From positions 414,977 through 478,976 of the forward strand of contig NW_015170912.1 of assembly GCF_001447785.1 (NCBI RefSeq): 64,000 nt of DNA, in the 5' to 3' direction. Below, one piece after another: positions 23,501 through 35,500 of this stretch. The DNA comes from Gekko japonicus. Taxonomy: Eukaryota. Position 1 is the stretch's first letter. Each line of letters begins with the position of its first letter. Below the pieces are notes generated by a model. That model made no database searches and was not told the origin of the DNA. It saw only the letters and a list, made by a program, of their open reading frames with translations. Both the position numbers and the translations under genes were made by a program.

Positions 23501-26500
23501 GGCAACCATTATTCCTATGGAGACGATTCACTTCAAACTGCAGTACATCTCTTTCATTCTCCATTGAACGCATTTTATTGTCCATCAGCAAGAGTTCCTC
23601 ACTCAGTTTTCTTATTCTAGCTTTGTACTCTGCAACTTCCAGTTTGTATTCATGCAGTTCCTTTTTAAGACCCCTGTTGTCTTCTGTCAGGCCTCCTACC
23701 AGTGCTGACAGCCTCTCACATTCTCCTTTCATGTTGGACAGGTTGGTTTCTAAAACTCCGGTTTCTATTCTTGTGTTTTTACATTCATTCAGAAGTTTTT
23801 CCTCAGCATTTGCTCTCTCTCTCTGGGCTTCCTCAAGCTCCTTCTGGAGGATCTTTCTTAAATCAGTTGACTCCTGCACAATCTTCTCAAGTTCTAACTT
23901 TTCCTCGTGAAGTGACTGTGTCATCCTAAGAGCAGCTTCCATATTGGACTGCTTGGTCTTTTCATTTTCTTTTAGTTGCTGTATTTCCTTCTGTTTTTTT
24001 TCAAGTTCATTTTCAAGCTGACTTGCTTTTTCTTCTAACACTTTACACTCTTCTTGAAGTGGTGTAATTTGACTCTCCAAAGTTCCCAAGGCTACAAGAA
24101 GATCGCCCTTTTCTTGCGTGAGAGCTGCCAGACTTTCATGGGCTTCCTGGTCCTTCTTCTGAAAATCATCCAAGTTCTGCATTATACTTTGGTTTTGAGC
24201 ATAAAGCTGATTCTGTTTTTCCTCCAGAGTTATCTTTTGCTGTTCAGATTCCTTGCATTTCTTCAGTAACCTTTTAACTTCTTTAATGCATTCCTTGCAG
24301 TCTCTGTCTGATTTCACTAGCCTCTCTTGAATGTTGCTTTTTTCATCGTTTAAATCTTTAATTTGCATCTGGTATTTTGAGTTTTGCTCGGTCAGAGACT
24401 GTATAATGCCAGTCAGAGTCTTTATTTGTTTCTTGAGATCTAGGTTTTCACTCTGAAGATCCACCGCTTTTTTTGTTAAGGGTTCAGGCTCTTTTGGAGA
24501 CATTTCTAGCAATCCACTTTTTTTATAGTAGCTGTCGGATCCAGCATCGATACCACAGGATTCCAGAACTTTCTCTTTTTGAAACTCTTGTTTTGTGTCC
24601 AGCAGCTGCAGGTGGTTGTCCTTTTCCCTTTCCACTGTGTGTTCCAGAATAAAATATTTATCTTCTCCAGTTTTGGGCAAGAAATTTACTTGCAACTTCT
24701 CAAACATGTTACCTTTAGCAAATAATTCTTTGTTCTGTTTCTTGCTCTCAGTATGTGTTTGTACTGCTGTCTGATTGTTTTCTTTTAAAGAAACCATGGC
24801 AATATGCAGGCCATCTACTGAATCCTCCAATTTGGAAGTCCTCTTGGATTTAAAATACTCCTTTGACATACCAATTGCTTTTCCTGTTGGATCCTGTTCT
24901 GATAGGTAACCAGAATCATTGCCTTTACCGTACAAAATAGTGGAAGTATTCTGAACTTCAAAGGTATATGGGAGTTCATGCCTAGGAGTCTTTCTATTGC
25001 CCGCTTTCATGTCCCTGAAGGAAGAACTCATACTCTCTAGCACATGCCCATTCTTGCCTGTGTGGAAGGCCATGGACTCTTTAAATCCAGCATAGTTTTT
25101 AATCTCACTAAGGGCAGTACTTGCTTCTGTTTTGAAACCAACCCAAGGTGGAGAAGAAATGTTGCTGGCAGGATTCTTCAAATTGTGGTCATTTTTAAAT
25201 GCCAGAATAGCTTTCTCTCTAGGTGTTTGGTCAGGGGCTTGAGCTTTTCCAGCTGACTGACATTTTGACAGAATGTGATGTGGAACACTTCCATCTGTGA
25301 CTGGGTCTCCAAAGATTTTGTTGGGATAGGTTTCTGGACACTGCATGAACCTTTTATCAAGATGAAGTTGGTTCTTTAAAAGTGATGCTTCTTGACACTG
25401 TCTAGGCTGAGAGAGAGAGAGAGAGAGAGAACAATCCTGTTGAAATTTTCACTATTTAATACATAGAATGAGGCATAACACAGCACCGTAGATTTGTTGC
25501 ATAGGCTGTGTACTTCGAAAATCTGGTATAGATTTTATGTCCCAGCAGCAGTTTAATGTAAAACATAGAAGAAAAAATGGAGGTGGCAGTGAAGAGTCCT
25601 TAAGCAGGGAATGTGGTTACTTATTTTATTATTATTTCAATTTTCTTATCTTAGCAGTCTTACGCCCTTCTAAGTTGATTGACTCCAGTGGACTCAGAAG
25701 GTTATCACCATGCTTAGAACTGCATTTCTCAGATTTTCAGTTTTCCCTTGAAAACATTAATGAGCACACACACACCCCCCAGTTTTCTGAGTATATATAT
25801 TTTCCATCTAGAAAAGAAAACTAAAGCAATAAAAGTTTAGATACATCTGTGTTTGGATAACCATTGCTCGGGGGGGGGACCTATATTAATTTCAACTTTG
25901 TTCAAAGGATAAAAAGGAGTAAACACTTTAAGAGGAAAGAGTCTGAATTCCATGAAGCTGTAGGGTAGGTTTAGGTCAGTATGAAGCCAAATTTGGGATG
26001 GTGTATTGGATCCTCAAATGAATGAAAAACACTTTTTGAAGAAGAAAAAACTAGAGTAACTAGCTGAAATCTGTCCTCCTCCTAAAGAGCCCTGCTTAAA
26101 CGGTCCTCTGAAGCATTCAAAATATTAGTTTGATTTGTTTAATATAGATGGGAGGATATGCAGGAACATATCCTTAGCAGAACTAATTGAGCAGATCGTT
26201 TTCTTACAAGGCAGGTTCATTTGTTAGACTGCAGATCTGAAAGACCCTGTGATTCTTCTACTACAGGCATGGAGTGCTTCATCTTTAACTATATTGTTAT
26301 AAATTATTCCAGTAATATGGGCAATCTGAGGAAAAAGCACAGATGTCCTCAGCTGTTTATCAGAGATTTCAGTGCCCTACACATTTTGAACCAGTACTTT
26401 TCCTCAGGGACAGAACAAAATCTGGGGGAAAAAGCTTTCATCAATCAATGTGTGGGTAGTTAAAATCACCTATTACGACACAGTTATTTCGTCTAGTTGC

Positions 26501-29500
26501 TATCTTTAATTCATTCATCCTTTTATAATCCTCTATCTTTTGATCTGGTGGGCGATAACAAACTCCCAGTAGCATTTCCAGAAGTGAATCCAATTCTCTT
26601 ACTATATACCCTCTCTGACATACAGAGCCACCCCACCTCCAACCCTTCCCCCCATCCTTCCAATATAATTTATAACCAGGAATCACCGTATCCCACTGAT
26701 TTTCCTCATTCCACCAAGTTTCTGAAATACCCACAATGTCTATCCCCCCCCCGACACCAAGCATTCCAATTCCCCAATTTTACGTTGGACACTTCTAGCA
26801 TTTGTGTATAAACACCTATAATTTCCTATGCATATTAAGCCCACAACCTTCCTCTTGCTGCCTCGAGACTGTTGTACAAATTTCAATCCCAGTCAAGTTC
26901 CTTGTAGAAAAGTAACAGCAACTTGAACCCTTCCCCCCTACACCATCGTCTCATCCACGCATTGATACCCCTGATCTGTGCCTGTCTCTCCGGCCCTGCG
27001 CATGGAACAGGTAGCACTTCTGAGGCGGCTACCTTGGAGGTCCTGGCCTTGAGTTTCCTGCCTAGCAGCCTAAATTTATCCTCCAGGACCTCACGACTGC
27101 ATTTCCCCACATCGTTGGTGCCAACATGTACCATGACCACTGGCTCCTCCCCAGCACTATCTACCAGTCTATCTAGAACACACGTAATGTCCGCTACCTT
27201 CGCACCAGGCCAATGATCCTTTCACACCCTATCTCAAGCATCCAGGACTCTGCAACAACTCACAACTCACCCACACACTCCCAAACACAGTCCCCCCACA
27301 CAGTACCCTCTCAGCTAAATCACCTCAGCTGAAAGTAAATAAAAAATACCCCTCTAGCAGCTCAGAGCTCAGCTGGGTCAGCTTTCCCCCTTATTTTTCT
27401 AAAGTTCCCTCTTTTGAAATCAAATGTTACTGTTTTGGACTTAAGGGGTAACTTTCCATTGACCTGAATGCTGAACTTAATAGCATTGTGGACACTGTTC
27501 CCAACTGGTGTAACAACCTCTAATTCTCTTTAGGATTGCACTGGTAATTCCCAGCAACACCACACACAACTGCTGAAAATGCACTTTCACATACATACCT
27601 CTCATTTGAAGGTAAAAAGAAAACAACATACCATAGCAACACGGATAGGTGTGCTGGTCAAAAGTAAAGGGTCTGGATTAAATTCACGATGTTTCACATC
27701 AGCAATATTTTTATTAAGTATCTCGCTGATTTCAGACTGAACCTGTAGAAACATGCAATAAGATGGTTATCCTCCTCCCTTACTCTTTTTCATTGATTAG
27801 ATTGTAACCTGTTTTAGCAAGTAATTGTTTATACAACACTTGGTAGAATTTCAAGAGTTCAATTTTTTAAATAGCTAATGTACTCGTGGATAAGCAGTCA
27901 TATTAAAGTAAAGAGTGGATAGGTTAACTTAATTTAATTAATGGGGTTAGGATTGGGATGCATAAACGGATTGGGTTATGGATTATTACTGTGCTATTGA
28001 TTGTTATTCCCCAATTAATTATTGACTAATTTGACATATGAATTATTTATATTGAATGCCTTATAGTGAAGTTTGATTGCTTAATTAGTTTTCTATTTAA
28101 ACTTACAAATTAATTAATAGGAAGTTATCTGGGGCTTAAAATAAAACTGCCATAGACCAGTTCAGCCATTAGTTATAGTGACTACTGCCGAGCCAAGGGG
28201 GTGATAGGGTGTGGGGGGGTAAGGGAACAAAGAGGAAATGAAATAAGTAAATAAATCAGCTTCATAGGCTACTGGATTTAATTAGGAGGGTGTCCAATAA
28301 AATTGATAGTGACAGTGTAGGTTGCGTCAAATTTGTATTTAATTTAGGAATGTAATGACTAAGTGTCACTGTTATTGTGTTGCGCATGCTGGTACCCAAT
28401 CATTAACAGCTATAAAATGGTCTGTGGTTTCGCAAAGACCATCAAAATGGTGATGATGGGTCAGGGTTTACCAGTGCTCTTGGGGCAGGGAAAGTATTGT
28501 GGTGGGGCCAGGCAGAAAATGAAGGAAGGGGGCAGAGAAACAGAGAAGCTCAGCCATCTTCAAGTCTGCACCCCATCCCAAAGATGACGGTCAGTGGGGC
28601 TAGGAGGAATGACCCCTCTCAGACACTGGCATTGTGCAATGCCAGGTCCATAAACAGGACTTTCTCCTGGAACAAAATGCTGACCTGGCCTGTATGACGG
28701 AGACCTAGGTATGAGATGGGGAGACAGTAGCACTCTCCCAATTGGCTCCACCTGGGTTCTCCGCCCTCCACCAGTCAAGGACCAAGGGGCGAGGGCGAGG
28801 AGTGGCACTGTTCATACGGGAGGCTTACTTCTTCAGGGCGCTCCCGCCATTGAGGCTCACAGGCATAGAGTGTGCTGGCTTTGTGTGGGAAGCTGGGAAG
28901 AGTTTGGCCATCTGGTAGTGTACCGACCGCCCAACGCACCAGCCGATGGCCTGTCATCCCTGGTTGAGGCCGTGTCTGGCTGGGCATTGGAGTACCCCAG
29001 ACTGATAGTCTTGGGTGACTTCAATGTCCATGCCGATGATGCGGCCTCTCCAATGGTGGTGGACCTAGTGTCGTCCATGGCAGCACTGGGACTCTCCCAA
29101 TATGTAACAGCCCCCACTCACAGAGCTGGTCACACGCTTGATTTGATCTTCGTGGCGGGGGTTACAGTGGACCGGATTACTGCTATGGCAGTTCCATGGT
29201 CGGACCACCATGCCCCGAAGGCCCATGTGAACGTGGCACCCTGACCCTGTTTGGGCCGTGAGCATATTTTAGCTCGCCCGCAGAACCAAATGGACCCACA
29301 GCGGCTTCAGATGGCCCTACAGGATCCTATGCCCCCTGGTGGCTCATTAGATGAGCTAGTTGAGGACTGGCATGGCCGACTCTCAACTGCCATCGATGAG
29401 ATCGCCCCCCGACGCCGTCTGCGCCCTCACTCTAAGCAGGCTCCATGGTTTACTGAGGAGCTGTGGCTGATGAAATGAGGGCTCAGACAACTAGAGAGAT

Positions 29501-32500
29501 GGTGGCGGTGCCCTCGTGACGAAGCAACAAGAGCATCCTATAGGACATTTATGAGATCCTATGAGATGGCAATCAAAGCCACGAAGAGGGAGTTCTACTA
29601 CAATTGTGTCTGCTAGCTCATGCCCGGCACAATTGTTTAGAACTATTCAGTTATTAACAGAGCTGCCTCAGGGCAGACCAAATGCTAGGGAATTGGATAT
29701 TGGCTGTGAGGCTTTTGCGAGCTACTTTGCAGATAAAGTCTTGCTGCTCTGCCGCGATCTCCCTGCCACAGTTGAGACAGAGAGTGAACTCGAGGCCCCA
29801 TGCACATCTTCTAGTTCTATTCTGGATTATTTCAGTCTGCTCAGCCTTGAGGAAGTCGACAGATTGCTCGCAACGGTATGCCCAACCATTTGCAGCCTTG
29901 ACCCATGCCCTTCATGGCTTATAAAAGCTGGCCGTGAGGGGTTGCAAAGTGCCCTCAACAGTGTCCTTCATGGAGGGACTGTTCCCAGGGGCACTCAAGG
30001 AAGCCTCTCCTGAAAAAAAATCTTTGGACCTGGCCGAATTGGCCAACTACCAGCCGGTTTCCAATTTGCCCTATTTGGGCAAATTACTGGTGAGAGCGGT
30101 GGCGGTTCAGTTGCAGAGCTTTATGGATGACACTTCCATGCTAGACCCATTCCAGTCCAGCTTTCAGCCAGGCCATGGGATGGAGACGGCACTGGTTGCC
30201 CTCACAGATGACCTCCGGAGGCATCTGGATCAAGGCAGCATGGCAGCACTGTTGCTGTTGGACCTGTCAGCGGCATTCGACACGGTTGACCATCAGTTGC
30301 TGATCCACTGCCTCATCAACACTGGGATTCAGGGGCTTGCCTTACAATAGCTCGTCTCCTTTCTCCAAGGTTGGGGACAGAGGGTGGCAGTAGGGGAACA
30401 GACGTCCCAGAGGTATCTGCTGGTTTGTGGGGTTCCTCAAGGGGCAGTATTATCCCCGATGTTATTTAATATCTACATGCGTCCCCTTGCCTAGATTGCC
30501 CGGAGGCACAGGCTAGGGTGTCACCAAGACACAGACGACACCCAGCTATAATCTGTTGCTGGGCGGCGAGTCCAACTCTACCCCAGATGACCTGGAGCGG
30601 GCACTTCAGGACGTGGTGGGCTGGCTTAGGCTGAGCCGATTGAAATTGAATCCAACGAAGATGGAGGTCCTGTGCCCGAGTCGGAGCGGTCCAGGGGTAG
30701 GGATCCCACTACCAACACTCAATGGGGCACCATTGGTGCCAGCGCTGAGGGTCAGGAGTCTGGGAGTGCTCCTGGATGCCACCTTAACAATGGAGGCCCA
30801 GGTAGCAGCCACTGCCAAGTCAGCCTTTTACCATCTATGGCTGATCAGGCAGTTGGTTCCCTTCCTCGAACGCAATGACCTGACAACAGTGATCCATGCT
30901 ATGGTCACCTCAAGGTTAGACTACTACAATGCTCTCTACATGGGGCTGCTCTTGTCCCAAATCCAGAAGCTGCAGCTAGTGCAAAATGCAGCAGCCAGGC
31001 TGTTGATGGGTCACATCCAGCCTGTGCTGAAGGCATTGCACTGGCTAACAATAGCATACCGGATTCGTTTCAAGGTGCTGGTTTTGACCTTTAAAGCCCT
31101 ATATGGTCAGGGACCTGCCTACCTGAGGGACCGCCTTTCCCCATATGTGCCCCAGAGAGCACTGAGGTTGGAGACCCAACATTGCCTGACTGTCCCTGGC
31201 ATGAAAGATGCCAGATTGGCCTCTACGAGGGCTAGGGCGTTTTCAGTGGCGGCTCCACACCGGTGGAATGAGGTCTCGGAGGACATCAGGGCCCTGTGGG
31301 ACCTTCTACAGTTTTGCAGGGCCTGTAAAACGGAGCTCTTCCACCAGGCCTTCAGTTAGGAGCCGCCACTGATGAATGAACCATCGTAGATTGAGCAAAA
31401 GAACCATCATAAATTGAATAGGCCATGGCCCCATATTACTACACTGGACATGGCCTTTTCTTATCGGACCATGTATCTGTATATCGCCGCCATCTGTATA
31501 TATTAGCACCTTACGTAATTGTCTTTTAATTGTGAATTTTTACTGTATTTATTGGTTCTATTGCATTTTAACTGTGTAAGCCACCTTGAGCCAGTGCTGC
31601 ACCAGCAAGGCGGGACATAAATTGAAATTAATAAATAAATAATATTCTTCCTGTCTACACAAAAAATATTTACTCCATGGAAGAGAAATCCTTAACAGTA
31701 AACCTTGAGAAAACATTTGTTCACTGAGGATTTTCTCGATACCTGTCTCTGGAAGGGGAACAGCTATATAACCACATGTGGTAGGAGTAGGAGTTCTTGG
31801 AAATAGAAAGAGAGGGTCATCTGAAATTTTAAATATCCTGTCTTGCCACTTCCTGTTGAACCTGGGTTACAGTCATCTAATTTTTTTGGTGTCTTGCATG
31901 ATATATGGAACCTTCATTACTGCCTATCAACAGGGAATCAGTTGCTTTTTAATAGTTTGGTATTCAGAACCCAGAACCTTCTGCAAAGTTCTTTGCAATT
32001 CTGTTTGAGTTTTTTGGAGTACTAAAAGAGCTAACCATTTTTAACCACTCCTCCCTTCTCGCCCCCACGAAGAGACTGCATCTTGCTCTGTCTTTGTGTC
32101 TGCTATCATGAAGCAGGAGATCACTGCAGGTGCTCATTGCAAGAGGTTCTGAGGACACGAAAATACTTTTGAGAGGATGGGACGTGAAGAGACATGGGAG
32201 TGGGCTTTCCGAAGGCTAGCTGTGTGTGCATCTGCCTTTGCCTACTGTTCTCCCTCTGCCTGCCTGCTTGGGAGGGCTCTGTCACGTTACTCTAATGGCT
32301 CATGAACTGGGAACTTTCCATCTATGAAATCCAGCAGGGAGGATTGGTTGGGAAAGGAGTATCCTTGATGATTTCATCCAAAACAAAGTTGTGACAAACT
32401 GGAAATATGTTTTCCATTGAAATAGATAGAAATGAAAAGGAATTGAATAACAACACCCCCACACACACAACGCCCTGAATAACAAATATAACACAAAAAA

Positions 32501-35500
32501 CCTTTTGAAACAACAAAATACCAGCATACCTCTACCGGTGAGAAGATGGAAGTTCTGTGTTTTGCATGTTTTGGTCTCAACCTCCCTTCACTGAAGGCTG
32601 GGGTCAGGAAAGCGGACACTGAAATGTGAGCATGAAAGAAGCCGCCATCCTTTCAGTGGCATGGTCTGGATTTTATTTCCCTGCCCCACTATTCCAAGGA
32701 GTGTGAAGAGCAGCAGGGACAGATAGGAAGAGCAATGACATCGAGATCTGCCAGCAAGACACTTGGGAGACAAAGGAATGGGTGGCCTGTGGGTAACACT
32801 AGTTGCCAATCAGGATTTTATGTACATTTTTGACTCTGTCTGTCTTAGGGTATCTGATGAAGTGTACATGCACACGAAAGTTTATACCCAGAATTAAACT
32901 TCGTTGGTCTTAAAGGTGCCACTGGACTCAAACTTTGTCTTAGGATGAGTTACTGAGGCCCTTTGTTAAAGAGAAGACCTGTGATTCCCCCACCCCACCC
33001 CATGTTTGTGTGACCTTATAGAGGTGGCCTGTGTAATGAGAGAAAAATACAATCAAGGCTTACTTTTCGGGGGGGGGGGGGGGAATCCATAGGAATAAAC
33101 ATGTCTCAGAAGAGGTCAGCATATAAACATTACAGGGATTTCCCAGCTGGTATTGAGACCAGTGTTCCCTCTAAGCTGAGTTAGTGTGAGCTAACTCACA
33201 GTTTTTTAGCCTCTGGCTCACACATTTTTGTCTTGGCTCAGGAAGAATGGCTCTACAACAAGCTAATTTATGCAGTAGCCAAATCCCTTGCTCACAACTT
33301 TAACGCCAGTAGCTCACAAAGTAGAATTTTTGCTCACAAGACTCCACAGCTTAGAGGCAGTATTGATTGAGATTTCTATTTACTTTAAGGTTTCAATAAA
33401 CTTTGGATTAAAAAATACATTCTCCACTAAAACATGACCCAAAATTACCCCTTTATTTTTACAAATATTTAGAATTTGCTCTTACCATGCTTACACTCTG
33501 CAAAGTCTGTTGTCGAAGGGCTTGAAATGATTCCATCTGAAGTTGTAGGATCTACATTATGTACATAGTTAAGTGAAAAGCTAGAAATCTTCAGTGTGCT
33601 GTAAAATTTTCACAGTATGAATCCAAAGAGTTATACCCTTCTAAGCCCATTGAAGGCAATGGACTTTGAAGGGTATAATTCTGCTCAGGACTGCACTGTC
33701 AAGTTTCTTATATCTAAACGTGCATCCCAACTGCTGTTTGTTAGTGTTACGGGGCTCCTTAGATTCACGGAAGTTCCCAAAGAACTGACAAGAGATCCGT
33801 GTTTACTTACAAGGAGATCTTTAATAACCCATCAAAGTTATCAAAGCAGATGTAGGCTAAGCTTCAATCAGCTGGCCTCAAGACGAGCACACGTGCACAT
33901 TGAAGCTTACCCAAACCTCGAGACAAGAGCATAACTAAAACGACATGTCTTATACTCTAAATGCTGGCTGCAAGCCCAAAGAATGATTAATTAAGCCTAT
34001 CCCAAACACTTGGATGAGCCAGGCCATCTTGCACCTGGATTCCAGTGTGTGTGGGGGAACAACCCAGGCCTTGAAGATAAGCACTACTAACAAGCATGAG
34101 AGTGGGAAAGTTCTCCTGAGAACAGCTAATACTGTCCTAATACTCAGAGCAAGTAGATACCACCAGCATATAGCAAAGATGAAGTCACTCAGGCCAATCC
34201 AGTTAGGACATCTATCTATTACATTCTTAGCATGGTTTTCCTGCAAGGAGCTCAGGGTGTCATACGGAGTTTTCTTCTCCTCCATTTTATCCTCAGTATG
34301 CTTCGTGTTATTGTGGCCCTGATCTGCTGATTTAGATATGCAAATGAAGGCCATGCTTGAGAAATAGATATATAGATCTATGGAAACGTGACATATCTGC
34401 TCCATCCTATGCATGGCACGTACATGATTCTAAACTACATGCACTGCGCTGCTGCCAATAAACAGACTGGCATACATTGGGAGCTGGTGATTCAAATGTC
34501 CTGCTAGAAGAACGTGATGGCTTAGACCTGCCTTCTCTTTTTATTCTAATGGAGTGTCAGATGGTTCAGTATATTTTGACTTTTCTTTAAAGAAAAGAAT
34601 CACCATCACCTGAGGTATATTCTAACATTCCTTAGCCAAATGTTAAAAAGAAGCAAATATTCTCAGCCATTTGCCTGATATGGACTAAAGCTAGTGAGAG
34701 AGAGAACTGGTTTCCCCCCCAACCCCAAGATATGAAGGCACCTTGTCAGTCTCACCACTGTGTACGGTGCACACACTCAGTATTTTCTATCCCACAGATT
34801 GTATGTGGCTAAATAAGGGTTTCTAGATTTATACAGTACTTCAAAAGCTTCCAGAATCTACTTGGCCAGAGACAATACTTGGATAAAAGAAATTGTGTCT
34901 ACACAAAGGTTAACAAAGATTCTGCCCTGCTACTTTTAATTCTCTTTCCCCATCTTAAAAAAATGCTGTGTCTCCAGCCTTAGATCTTGTGTCCTGTATC
35001 CTGAAACTTATCAGCGCAAACACTATTTATTTCAGTGGAGACTGAATGGAGGAAGACATGGTAAATCTGACTGCCCCATTACAAAGATAAGAACTTTTGA
35101 CCCAGCTTAATCAACCAAAGCAATATAAATCAGTAGGTGAAGTTTTTCATCACATGGAGATAAAGGTTAATCTACATAAATCAGTAGGTGAAGCTTTTAA
35201 TCAAATCGAGACAGGTTATATCACCTGCTGATGTCTGCAAAGCTGTTGTTAGACTGACAGGAGTTGGTAACAAAAAATGCCTAAAAACATATCATGTAAG
35301 AAGAGGGTAATATCCACAAGAACTTTGGTAAAGTTCAAATATGAACAAAGCCATAACCTTCCTCTTTGCCACCCATTATTCAAGTATAATCACAAACACA
35401 TCACCTAATTATCCAAAATAGTAAACTTACTTTTAATGCTGACTGGGCTTGGCCTTGACCATCTCTTCTTGAAGCAGATTTATCTGGAAAATTAATCCAA

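Noticed and set aside
23407-23910. 167-aa plus-strand Ser/Leu/Phe-rich ORF
   Set aside because: Antisense shadow of the E/K-rich CCDC110 coiled-coil exon
28711-31359. RT/endonuclease ORFs as a host gene or active element
   Set aside because: Fragmented by stops and frameshifts, with a mutated YADD: a dead L2
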